DNA of 64,000 nucleotides, taken from contig SXMG01000049.1 of assembly GCA_005778835.1 (NCBI GenBank), positions 1,746 through 65,745 of the forward strand. Direction: 5' to 3'. How positions within the stretch are numbered: the stretch's first letter is position 1; each line of letters opens with the position of its first letter. The notes under the pieces are model-generated. The model did no database searches. It saw nothing but the letters and a program-made list of their open reading frames with translations, and was not told the DNA's origin. Origin of the DNA: Actinomycetota bacterium. GTDB lineage: Bacteria > Actinomycetota > Actinomycetes > Actinomycetales > Microbacteriaceae. Position numbers and translations under genes: made by a program. Below are positions 18,810 through 27,441 of the stretch, piece by piece.

Positions 18810-19549
18810 CCTGGTCCACTCGTTTTCGTCTCTTCTTCGGCACCCTGCTCGTGATCGCCCTCGTGGGTCTTCTCACGATCGCGCTCTCGCAGCGCAAGGG
18901 CGAGGCCACCGCCAACTCCGCGGCGATCGACGCCGTCACCTACGAGGTCGGCACCGACTACGCGGGAGCTGTCATCGAGCAGTTCGTCGTGCGCGGCGAC
19001 CTCGTGAACGCGGGCGACCCGATCGCCACGATTCAGAGCAACGACCTCGTGCGCGACCTGGCCGACGACATCGTCGTGCGCTCGAGCGAGGTCTTCACGG
19101 TCAACCCCGACGGCACGCTCACCGTCACGTCGGCGGTCAGCGGCGTGGTGCTCTCGGTCGACGTGCCGCAGGGCGGGTACGCGCCCGCCGGGGGAGCCGT
19201 GGCGACGATCGCCGCGGTCGACACTCTCTTCGTCAGCGCCGAGTTCGAACTGTCGACCGCCGACTTCGCCCGCATCGTCGAGGGCGCGCCGGTCGAGATC
19301 GTCATGCCCGACGGCGCCGTGCTCGCGGGGTCGGTCGGCCCCGTCGAGACGACGACCGTCGAAGGCTCTGCGCTCGCGACCGTCGCTGTGATCATCAGCG
19401 CCGACGAGTTCGTCGACCAGGGCGGCTTCATCCTGCCCGGCACGCCCGTGACCGCCACGATGGCGCTGCGCAACGACGACATGCTCGCGAGCGTCACCGG
19501 CCTGGTGCGCACGGTCATCTCCGACGTGCGCATCGCGCTCGCGCTGTGA
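18806..19549 (+). CDS. HlyD/membrane-fusion-like protein with biotinyl-lipoyl hairpin
   Basis: N-terminal TM, V..GDLVNAGDPIATI, SAVSGVV...GG, ILPGTPV; ATGA overlap with the GT2 stop. Confidence 0.72.
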   Translation: MTWSTRFRLFFGTLLVIALVGLLTIALSQRKGEATANSAAIDAVTYEVGTDYAGAVIEQFVVRGDLVNAGDPIATIQSNDLVRDLADDIVVRSSEVFTVNPDGTLTVTSAVSGVVLSVDVPQGGYAPAGGAVATIAAVDTLFVSAEFELSTADFARIVEGAPVEIVMPDGAVLAGSVGPVETTTVEGSALATVAVIISADEFVDQGGFILPGTPVTATMALRNDDMLASVTGLVRTVISDVRIALAL

Positions 19550-21621
19550 TCGAGGTCAGGCGTCGACGCGGGCGGGTGACGGCGGCCGTCGCCGGCTTCG
19601 TCTCGCTCGCCATCATGGCGACTGGATGCTCTGCCGAGGGCTCTGCAGACTCCGAGTCGCGCCCCACTGCCCGCGGCACCGTGCTGATCGATGCCGAGAT
19701 CGAGCCGCTGCTGTTGACGGTGCCGCGCGAGTCGCTCGCGAGCGTGCCTATGGCGCGCCTTGCCGACGACCTCGTGCCGCCCACCAACCGCTGGTTCAGC
19801 GGTCTCGTGTTCGGCGACGAGCCGCAGCCGGTCTTTCCGCTCCCGCTGTCGTTCCGGCTCGGCGACACGGGGTTCTCGTTCGGCGTTCCGAGGGTCACCT
19901 CGGTGCCCGCCCTGATCTCGGGCCCGATGACCGACGACGTGACCGTCGAGACGGGTGCCACGAGCGCCCTCGTGACGCGCTACGACGAGGTCTCGGTGAC
20001 GGTCACGCTGCTCGACGGTGACGCGGCGCTCGCCGAGGTCACGATCGCGCGCGGCTCGTTGCTCATCGGCTACCGATCGCTCGCCGACCACGAGGTCTCG
20101 GTCGAGGTGCCGCTCGAGCCGGCCGGCGACGACGTCTTCTCGACGACGATCGGCGGGGCCGAGTACGGCCTCGTCGCGCCCGAGGGCGAGCTGAGCGACG
20201 ACGGGCGCATCCTGAGCCTTTCGGAGGGGGCGACGGCCACCTGGGTCGCAGTGCCGGCCGGAGCCTCGCTCGACGAGCTCGTGCCGTTCGCGAACCCCGT
20301 CACAGGGGTCGAGGTCGACTACGCGCTCGACGGCACCGGCGATGACGCGAGCGCCACGACGACGCTGCGCTACCGCACCGAGGGCGACGGACCGACGCTC
20401 GTCGGCTCGCTGCCGCATCAGAGCAGCACGGTGCCGGTCGACGGCGCGCAGTGCGAGCTCGGCAGCGTTGACACGACCTACGGGGTCATGACCGTGTGCG
20501 GCGCGACCGCCGTGGCCTACGCGGTGCCCGACACGGCCCCCGTCGAGACGGCCGCGATGAGCGCTCTCGACCTCAGCGGGCTCAGCGACGCCGACCGCGA
20601 CGAGCTCGCAGAGACCGTAGCCCTCGAGGCCGGCACGCTGCCCGACCTGCCCGCCGACACCTACTTCGGCGGCAAGGCCCTCGCGCGCATCGCGACGCTG
20701 CTTTCGCTCGCCCGCGAGCTCGAGCGGACCGCAGTCGCCGAGGCCCTGCACGAGCGGCTCGTGACCGAGCTGCGCACGTGGACCCAGCTCGACGGCTGCG
20801 ACGAGCGCGCCGACCGCTGCTTCGTCTACGACCCCGCGCTGCGGGGCATGGTCGGCAAGGTTCCGTCATTCGGTTCGGAGGAATTCAATGATCACCACTT
20901 CCACTACGGCAGCTTCATCTATGCCGCCGCGATCGCGGCCGAGGGCGACGAGGCCTTCGTCGCCGAACTGCGCCCGATGATCACGCTGCTGGCGGCCGAC
21001 ATCGCGAGCTCGGGCGGCGAGACGTTCGCCACCTGGCGCGCCTTCGACCCCTACTCGGGCCACTCGTGGGCTTCGGGCTTCTCGCCCTTCGGCGACGGCA
21101 ACAACCAGGAGTCGAGTTCTGAGGCCGTCGCCTCGCACGCCGCCGTGGCCCTGTGGGGCGCGGTTGTCGGCGATGCGGCGCTGGAGGAGCAGGCGAGGTG
21201 GATGCTCGCCCTCGAGTCGCACTCGGCCCGCACCTACTACACGGCCGTCGACACGACCGAGCAGCCCTACGCGAACTTCGACCGCGGCGTCGTCGGCATC
21301 GTGTGGGACGGCAAGCGCGACTACGCCACGTGGTTCAGCGGCGAGCCCGCGGCCATTCTGGGCATCCAACTGCTGCCGATGCGGCCGGGCACGTCGGGGT
21401 CGCTCGCGATCGATCCGGAGCGCATCCTGTCGAACATCGACGAGGCGACCGCCTCGGGGCCGGCCCCGCAGTTCGCCGACTACCTGCTCATGTACCAGGC
21501 GCTCGCGGGTTCTGAGCAGGCCGAGCTCGCGCTCGAGGCCGCTCGCGAGCTGCCGTACTCGAGCATCGACGACGGCAACTCGCGCAGCTACCTGCTGGCG
21601 TTCATCATGGTGCAGCGATGA
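19546..21621 (+). CDS. GH81 endo-beta-1,3-glucanase, lipoprotein
   Basis: PTNRW, DTYFGGK, FNDHHFHYG, HSWASG, NQESSSEA, GIQLLP; lipobox ATGC; GTGA overlap. Confidence 0.88.
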   Translation: MIEVRRRRGRVTAAVAGFVSLAIMATGCSAEGSADSESRPTARGTVLIDAEIEPLLLTVPRESLASVPMARLADDLVPPTNRWFSGLVFGDEPQPVFPLPLSFRLGDTGFSFGVPRVTSVPALISGPMTDDVTVETGATSALVTRYDEVSVTVTLLDGDAALAEVTIARGSLLIGYRSLADHEVSVEVPLEPAGDDVFSTTIGGAEYGLVAPEGELSDDGRILSLSEGATATWVAVPAGASLDELVPFANPVTGVEVDYALDGTGDDASATTTLRYRTEGDGPTLVGSLPHQSSTVPVDGAQCELGSVDTTYGVMTVCGATAVAYAVPDTAPVETAAMSALDLSGLSDADRDELAETVALEAGTLPDLPADTYFGGKALARIATLLSLARELERTAVAEALHERLVTELRTWTQLDGCDERADRCFVYDPALRGMVGKVPSFGSEEFNDHHFHYGSFIYAAAIAAEGDEAFVAELRPMITLLAADIASSGGETFATWRAFDPYSGHSWASGFSPFGDGNNQESSSEAVASHAAVALWGAVVGDAALEEQARWMLALESHSARTYYTAVDTTEQPYANFDRGVVGIVWDGKRDYATWFSGEPAAILGIQLLPMRPGTSGSLAIDPERILSNIDEATASGPAPQFADYLLMYQALAGSEQAELALEAARELPYSSIDDGNSRSYLLAFIMVQR

Positions 21622-21707
21622 CCTTCTGCGCCCCGCGCTGCCACCTGTGAATCTGCCCGGCGCGAGGCTGACGGCGCGCACAGGGGACCAGACTGAGAGT
21701 GTTCAGT

Positions 21708-21809
21708 TGTCCCTAGACCTCGGACTCTCATCCGCGAAGCGCCTCGCAGCGTGACGCTCCCTGAGTCGGCGAGGCCGTCGACTCTCGGTACCCCGAGCGA
21801 CGGAGGACA
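21708..21809 (+). ncRNA. Candidate cis-regulatory leader RNA, copy 2
   Basis: P1 TGTCC/GGACA; P2 CCTCG-GACTC / GAGTC-GG-CGAGG; P3 CCGTCG..CTCGG-tacc-CCGAG-CGACGG; same layout as 17006-17112. Confidence 0.65.
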
Positions 21810-21813
21810 CACT

Positions 21814-22059
21814 GTGGCCACTCTGACTTCTTCTTCTCTGGCGACTGCGACACGTTCGCCCCTGGTAGCGCCGCGGCCTTCAGCCGCGCGCACCGGCGTG
21901 GCGGCGAGAGCCACTCGCCGAACGCGAGCGCGCATCGCGCTCGCCATCATCACCTCGCTCACCGCCGTGGCGGCGACGAGCGGCGTCATCGTGATGATCA
22001 CCATGCTTCCCGCGGATGACCTCGAAGTCATCACAGGGTTGATCGGCTTGATGAACTAG
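21814..22059 (+). CDS. Small membrane protein (81 aa)
   Basis: GTG after GGAGGACA SD; Ala/Arg-rich N-terminus then hydrophobic IALAIITSLTAVAATSGVIVMITM. Confidence 0.6.
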   Translation: MATLTSSSLATATRSPLVAPRPSAARTGVAARATRRTRARIALAIITSLTAVAATSGVIVMITMLPADDLEVITGLIGLMN

Positions 22060-22137
22060 GGGGCCCTGCGGGCACGGCTCATGCGAGCTCGGCTCGTGAA
22101 GCTCGCTCAAGGCGAGCCGTCGTAGGCTGGCGGCACC

Positions 22138-23064
22138 ATGTCTGACTCGCCCCTGGCCGCCAACCCCTACGAGGTGCTGGGGGTGTCGCCGACCGCGTCA
22201 GACGACGAGCTCAAGCGCGCGTACCGGGTCGCGCTGCGCAAGGCGCACCCCGACACGGGCGGGTCTGCCTCGCAATTCGACGCGGTGCAGCGGGCCTGGC
22301 AACGGGTCGGCTCGCCGTCGGCGCGCTACGCCTACGACTCGGGGGCGGATGCTGGCTCACCGTCGCGCGCCTGGTCGCAGTCGGGCGGCGGGGCCTCGGG
22401 GCCTCAGCGCTACGACTCTCGGCCGTCGGCCAAGTCGCACGGGCACCCCGGCGGCTGGTACCGCGAGCAGTACCTCGACCACATCCGCGAGTGGGTGGGT
22501 CGCGGAGCCGACCTGCCCGACCCCTTCGACGACGCGCTCGTGCGCTCGGCTCCTCGGCAGATCAGGCACCTGCTCGCCGCGGCGATCGCGGAGGAGCGCT
22601 CGGCCGCAGCGCTCGCGACCCTCGGCATGGGTTTCACGATCTGGCACGACGTGCTCGCCGGGCAGACGCGCGACGACAAGCTCGACCACGTCGTGCTCGG
22701 GCCGACGGGCTTGTGGGCGGTGCTCAGCGAAGACTGGGGCGCACCCGTCTCGGTCAAGCGCGGCGAGGTCATCGGCACAGGGCTCGCGCCCGGCGAGAAG
22801 CCTCTTGCACTGCTCGGCTCGCGGGCGCGCGTGCTGGCGCGGGCGGCGCGCGTCAAGTTCTCGGCGCTCGCGATCGTCGTCGAAGACGATCAGGCTGCGC
22901 AGTCGCTCACCGAGCTCGGCACCGTGCGCGGAGCCCAGGGCCTTCTCGTGCAGCGCTCGCGGTTGGTCAACGCCATCCGCACAGGGCTGCCCGGGGTCGG
23001 AGTCGGCGGCACCGACCTGTTCGAGGTGCGCACGCGGCTGCAGTCGGCCGTGCGGTTCGTGTGA
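22138..23064 (+). CDS. J-domain protein fused to a NERD-like nuclease fold
   Basis: NPYEVLGV...LKRAYR...HPD; C-terminal IWHDV...LDHVVLGPTGL. Confidence 0.8.
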   Translation: MSDSPLAANPYEVLGVSPTASDDELKRAYRVALRKAHPDTGGSASQFDAVQRAWQRVGSPSARYAYDSGADAGSPSRAWSQSGGGASGPQRYDSRPSAKSHGHPGGWYREQYLDHIREWVGRGADLPDPFDDALVRSAPRQIRHLLAAAIAEERSAAALATLGMGFTIWHDVLAGQTRDDKLDHVVLGPTGLWAVLSEDWGAPVSVKRGEVIGTGLAPGEKPLALLGSRARVLARAARVKFSALAIVVEDDQAAQSLTELGTVRGAQGLLVQRSRLVNAIRTGLPGVGVGGTDLFEVRTRLQSAVRFV

Positions 23065-23882
23065 GTGGTGCGGTGACGCGGGTCGCCGGGGTCGACCTGG
23101 CGGCGGAGGCGGCGGGCACGGCTCTTGCGGTGCTGAGCGCGGGCGGGGGAGCCGTCGCGCTCGAGTCGCTGAGCCTCGGCCTCGACGATGACGCCATCGT
23201 GCGGGCCACCCGCGAGGTCGAGCTGATCGGCATCGACTGCGCGTTCGGCTGGCCGCGCGACTTCGTCGACTTCGTGTCGCGGCACTCGAACGCGGCCGAG
23301 CGTGCGGCCGCGGTCGGCGGCGTGCAGCCCGCCGACCCCGCGCCTGCGCTCGAGGCCACGGGCGACCTGGCCTGGCGCCGCCGCCTCGCCTACCGCGAGA
23401 CCGACCGCGTCGTCACCGAGCGGACGGGCGCGCGGCCCTTGAGCGTCGCGACCGACCGACTGGGTATGACCGCGCTGCGGTGCGCCGTGCTGCTGCAACG
23501 TCTCGCCGCTGATCTTGCCAGCGTCGGGCGCCACGTCGACCGCTCGGGCCAGAACGGCAGTGCCGTCGTCGAGGTCTACCCCGCGATGGCCCTGCGCGTG
23601 TGGGGGCTGGCGCGCCCGGGCTACAAGCAGTCGGCGGATGCTCGCCGCGCCCTCATCGTCGACCTCGAGCAGGCTGCCCCCTGGCTTGAGCTCGGCGAGC
23701 ACCGTGCCCTCATGACGACCTCGGCCGATGCACTCGACGCGGTGCTGGCCGCGCTCGTCGCGCTGGCGCATCGGCGCGGTGCGAGCATCCCGCCCGAATC
23801 GCATCAGCAGCAGCTGGCCGAGGTGGAGGGCTGGATCGCGATCCCGACCGTCCCGCTCGACCAGCTGGGCGCGGTAGCCTAG
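23061..23882 (+). CDS. DUF429 family (RNase H-like predicted nuclease)
   Basis: GVDLAA, IGIDCAFGWP, YRETD, VEVYPA, DALDA, EGWI; GTGA overlap. Confidence 0.82.
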   Translation: MSGAVTRVAGVDLAAEAAGTALAVLSAGGGAVALESLSLGLDDDAIVRATREVELIGIDCAFGWPRDFVDFVSRHSNAAERAAAVGGVQPADPAPALEATGDLAWRRRLAYRETDRVVTERTGARPLSVATDRLGMTALRCAVLLQRLAADLASVGRHVDRSGQNGSAVVEVYPAMALRVWGLARPGYKQSADARRALIVDLEQAAPWLELGEHRALMTTSADALDAVLAALVALAHRRGASIPPESHQQQLAEVEGWIAIPTVPLDQLGAVA

Positions 23883-23932
23883 AGGTTTGGGGGATACCCG
23901 CGTTCTGCGGCGCCCCTGTGAGGGAGTGCTGG

Positions 23933-24718
23933 GTGGCTGGGTCGTCGACGGAAGAGTGCATTCACGGTTTCGAGCCGGGAATGTGCGCCAGTTGTTTTCC
24001 GCCCGCTCCGCCCGCGGTGCCTTTGCCGGTGAAGCGAACACCTCGTACGGCGGCGCGTAGCCTGCGCACCCCGGCTCCGGGTGCCACGGGCAAGGCCGCC
24101 GAGGTGCGTCCGCCGGCGCTGCCGCACCGCATCTTCCACGTGACGCACATCTCCAACCTGCCGCTCATTCTCGAGTCGGGCGAGCTGCGCCCCTCGGCAT
24201 CCGCTGAGCCCGCGCTGCGCCTCGCGAGCGACATCACGCACGAGCTGCGCGCGACCGCGCCCGTGGCCGACGGCGTGACGGTGCACGACTGCGTGGCGTT
24301 CTCGCTGAGCCCGCTCGCGACCTGGTGGGGCGAGGTGCAAGACGGCGCTGCGGGTCCGACCTGGAGCGATGAGGCGCGCGCCGCATCCACGGTCGACTTC
24401 GTCGTGCTCGGTGTCGACATCGAGGCGGTCGCGAACGAGCTGGTCGTGTCTGACGGTGATGCTGCGGCGAAGCTGACGAGGCTCGGTTCGGGCCCCGACG
24501 GCCGTGACCGGATGCTCGCTCGAGCCGCCGCGACCCCGTGGGCTCTGCAGGCCGCCGAGGCGCTGCTGCCCGGCTCGGTGCCGCTCGACCGCGTCGCGCT
24601 GGTGGCGGTCGCGAACGACCGCCGCCGCGACGAGGTGCGTGCGCTGCTCAAGTCGGCGGGTGTCATGGCCAAGGTCGCGGTGTATCCGCCGTGGTTCGTG
24701 CCGCACGTCGGCGACTAG
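23933..24718 (+). CDS. darT: DarT-like (DUF4433) ADP-ribosyltransferase with N-terminal Cys/His motif
   Basis: IFHVTHISNLPLILESG, HDCVAF, VVSDGDAA, QAAEALL; N-terminal CIHG...CASC; GAGGGAG before GTG 23933. Confidence 0.72.
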   Translation: MAGSSTEECIHGFEPGMCASCFPPAPPAVPLPVKRTPRTAARSLRTPAPGATGKAAEVRPPALPHRIFHVTHISNLPLILESGELRPSASAEPALRLASDITHELRATAPVADGVTVHDCVAFSLSPLATWWGEVQDGAAGPTWSDEARAASTVDFVVLGVDIEAVANELVVSDGDAAAKLTRLGSGPDGRDRMLARAAATPWALQAAEALLPGSVPLDRVALVAVANDRRRDEVRALLKSAGVMAKVAVYPPWFVPHVGD

Positions 24719-24843
24719 TTCGGCCGCTTAGCCCGCGCTTTTCGCGCTGTCGAGCCGAGTGAGGCTGACGACTTCGTCTGCCGAATCAATGGCAAGCGCG
24801 CTTCTGGGAGGAATGTCGCGGCGCAGGAAACTCCGCTGAACCA

Positions 24844-24879
24844 ATGTGACGCTCGTGGCACGTGCCGTCAGCGTCACAT
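24844..24879. repeat. Intergenic hairpin
   Basis: ATGTGACGCT / AGCGTCACAT enclosing the palindrome GGCACGTGCC. Confidence 0.6.
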
Positions 24880-25001
24880 AGCTCTCGCAAATCTGACCGC
24901 CCAGCCCTTGTGGGTCGCACGCCCGTCTGCTCAGGGCGCAATCCCGCGTTCGGGGCACCCGCATCCACGCCGCAAGCGCGGGCCCGAAGTAGTCTCACCT
25001 C

Positions 25002-26759
25002 ATGGCCCGCATGATCCCGCCGACGATCGGCGACGACGCCCCGCCGGGGGAGCACGCGGTGTTCGCGGCCCTGCAAGCCGCGCCCGACGACTGGGTCGTC
25101 TTCCACTCGCTCGAGATCGCGCAGCACGTCAGCCAGGTGCAGGGCGAGGCCGACTTCGCCGTCGTCGCGCCGGGGCACGGCGTGCTCGTCATCGAGGTGA
25201 AGTCGCACGAGAGCATTGAGGCCGACGGCGACGGACGCTGGCGCTACGGCAAGCGCGACTGGGTCACCCGCAGCCCCTTCGAGCAGGCGTCGGGGGCGCA
25301 GCACTCGATCATCGAGTTTCTCGAGTCGAGGGGCGCTGGCCCGAACGGGTATCCCATCTTTCACGCGGCGTGGCTCACGCAGTTGAGCAAGAGCAAGTTC
25401 AGCGCAGGAATCGGCTGGCACGAGTGGCAGCTACTCGACGCCGCCGATCTGGCGGGTGACAAGGCGCCCAGTGCGATCATCCGGACCCTGAACAAGGCCA
25501 GCGCGCACCTGGCCGAGACGATCAGCGGCTACCGCCGCGTCGAAGGCCAACCCGACCAAGCGCACACGCAAAGAATCCAAGAACTGCTGACCCCGCGCTT
25601 TCAGCTCGAGCTGAGCGCGAAAGAGCTGGCCCGCCGGCGCGAACACGAGCAGGCCACGTTCACGGCCGAGCAGGTCAAGATTCTCGACGTGGTCGGCAGC
25701 AATCCGCGGCTACTGGTCGAGGGTCCGGCGGGGTCGGGCAAGACGTGGGTGGCCGCCGAGGCCGCCCGACGCGCGGCCGAGCAGGGCAAGCGCACGCTCG
25801 TCGTCGTGTTCAACCGGCTCATCGAGGCGCGGCTGGCCGAACTGTGCGGTGAGGGCATCGAGGTGCGGCGCATCCACTCGCTGATGGCGCAGGTGGTCGA
25901 CCGTCACGCCGGCAAGAACGAGGCGCAGCGCAAGCTGCAGAGCGGACGCGTCGAGCGCGACTGGTACGACGTCACCCTGCCCGAGCAGGCGCTCGAGGCG
26001 GCGCTCGAGCTGGGGCCGCAGTACGACTATCTCGTCGTCGACGAGGCGCAAGATGTGGCGCTCGAGCAGTACCTCGACGTGCTCGACGCGCTCATGGTCG
26101 GTGGGCTCGCGCAGGCGCCGGTCTTCATCACCGGAGACTTCGACCACCAGGTGATCTACCGCCGCCACGGTGCTGTCGAGAGCGCCGCTGACGGCGCGGG
26201 CACCGATGAGGCACCGGATGCTCCGCCCACCCCGCGCGCGACTATCCTGCGCCGTGTGCCCGGACTCATGCAGTTGCGCCTGACCTCGAACGTGCGCACA
26301 ACCCCCGAGGTGGCGCGGTTCGTGGCCGAGCTCATCGGTGAGCCGACCCTCTACAGCGAGCACCGCCGCAGCGACGACGACCAGGTCTCGGTCGAGCGCC
26401 ACACCTTCACCACCATGGATGAGCAGCTGCGCCTGCTCGCCGACGCCGTCGAGCGCATCCTGTCGGAGCCGTTCACGGTGCGCGAGCTGGTGATTCTGTC
26501 GCCCTACGCCCGTGAGCGGTCGGCTGCCGGCCAGGCTCTCGCTGACCCGACCGCGGATGCCCGCCTCACGTCACGGCTCGGCACGGGCATCGAAGACACG
26601 ACGCGCATTCGGTGGGGGAGCATCCACGAGTTCAAGGGCCTCGAGGCGCCCGCAGTGATTCTGACCGACGTCGACCTGTCGAAGGGCTACCACCGCGACC
26701 TGCTCTACGTGGGGGCGTCGCGCGCAACCGATCGGCTTGTGGTGCTGGAGCAGAAGTAA
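25002..26759 (+). CDS. NERD nuclease + SF1 (UvrD-like) helicase fusion
   Basis: GEADF...VIEVKS; GPAGSGKT; DEAQD; NVRT; SIHEFKGLE; LYVGASRA. Confidence 0.88.
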   Translation: MARMIPPTIGDDAPPGEHAVFAALQAAPDDWVVFHSLEIAQHVSQVQGEADFAVVAPGHGVLVIEVKSHESIEADGDGRWRYGKRDWVTRSPFEQASGAQHSIIEFLESRGAGPNGYPIFHAAWLTQLSKSKFSAGIGWHEWQLLDAADLAGDKAPSAIIRTLNKASAHLAETISGYRRVEGQPDQAHTQRIQELLTPRFQLELSAKELARRREHEQATFTAEQVKILDVVGSNPRLLVEGPAGSGKTWVAAEAARRAAEQGKRTLVVVFNRLIEARLAELCGEGIEVRRIHSLMAQVVDRHAGKNEAQRKLQSGRVERDWYDVTLPEQALEAALELGPQYDYLVVDEAQDVALEQYLDVLDALMVGGLAQAPVFITGDFDHQVIYRRHGAVESAADGAGTDEAPDAPPTPRATILRRVPGLMQLRLTSNVRTTPEVARFVAELIGEPTLYSEHRRSDDDQVSVERHTFTTMDEQLRLLADAVERILSEPFTVRELVILSPYARERSAAGQALADPTADARLTSRLGTGIEDTTRIRWGSIHEFKGLEAPAVILTDVDLSKGYHRDLLYVGASRATDRLVVLEQK

Positions 26760-26768
26760 CTGTTGCGC

Positions 26769-27041
26769 TTACGTGGTTTCGAGAGCAGCCGCGGTGGCCG
26801 CTCCGAAGCGCTGCTGGGCTGCTTGCTTGCTGATGCCCAAGACGATGCCGATGTAGCCCCAGCTTCGACCGGATGCCCGCGAGGCTGCCACGGCGGCCCG
26901 AAGCTCGGCTTCCGCGTCACGCACTGCGCGCTTCGCCAATCCGATCCTTCTGAGGTCTGCCGGGTCTTCCACCTCCAATGTGCTGAGGTCAACAGTCTCG
27001 AGAAGCTCTTCGATGTCTCGTAGCGTTCTAGCGGGTTTCAC
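26769..27041 (-). CDS. Putative HTH antitoxin
   Basis: AVAASRASGRSWGYIGIVLGISKQAAQQRF; 4-nt overlap with the upstream toxin-like ORF. Confidence 0.7.
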   Translation of the reverse strand: MKPARTLRDIEELLETVDLSTLEVEDPADLRRIGLAKRAVRDAEAELRAAVAASRASGRSWGYIGIVLGISKQAAQQRFGAATAAALETT

Positions 27042-27286
27042 GGCTTGTCCTTCCCCTCGAGGAATCGAACGAATCGGCGTCGCAAGGGCATCGCATGGAT
27101 AACCCGAGCGTCGCCATCAGGGTCTGCAAGAACGACCTCCAGCAGTCCACCATGACGGTCGGGGCCGATCACCAAAACCTCCTGATCGTCGAGCGCATAG
27201 TTCCGCATCGGGAATTCCAGCGCGTGCCTGATGTCATCGTCTGCCGCTCCGTGCTTGTTCGCCGATGAGAGAATTCGTGGCTCCAT
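27038..27286 (-). CDS. Putative RelE/BrnT-fold toxin (toxin-first pair)
   Basis: SANKHG...DIRHA...IGPDRHGGLLEV...VIHAMPLR; the start could instead be 27295. Confidence 0.65.
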   Translation of the reverse strand: MEPRILSSANKHGAADDDIRHALEFPMRNYALDDQEVLVIGPDRHGGLLEVVLADPDGDARVIHAMPLRRRFVRFLEGKDKP

Positions 27287-27327
27287 TGTAGGCATCGACC
27301 CCCTGGAACGTCAACCCTTAGTTGACG
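27285..27327 (-). promoter_or_regulatory. Sigma70-like promoter with palindromic operator
   Basis: Minus strand TTGACG (27314-27309)-N18-TACAAT (27290-27285); palindrome CGTCAAC-N5-GTTGACG 27309-27327. Confidence 0.55.
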
Positions 27328-27441
27328 ATCGTCTCGTCGAGTCAGTGTGCTGGTCGGGGTCATAAGGAATGTCGATCGTGTGGCGATGTGTGAGGTCGAT
27401 GCAACCTTCGGCGCCGGGGGAGGAGACGAACCCCCGCGACG

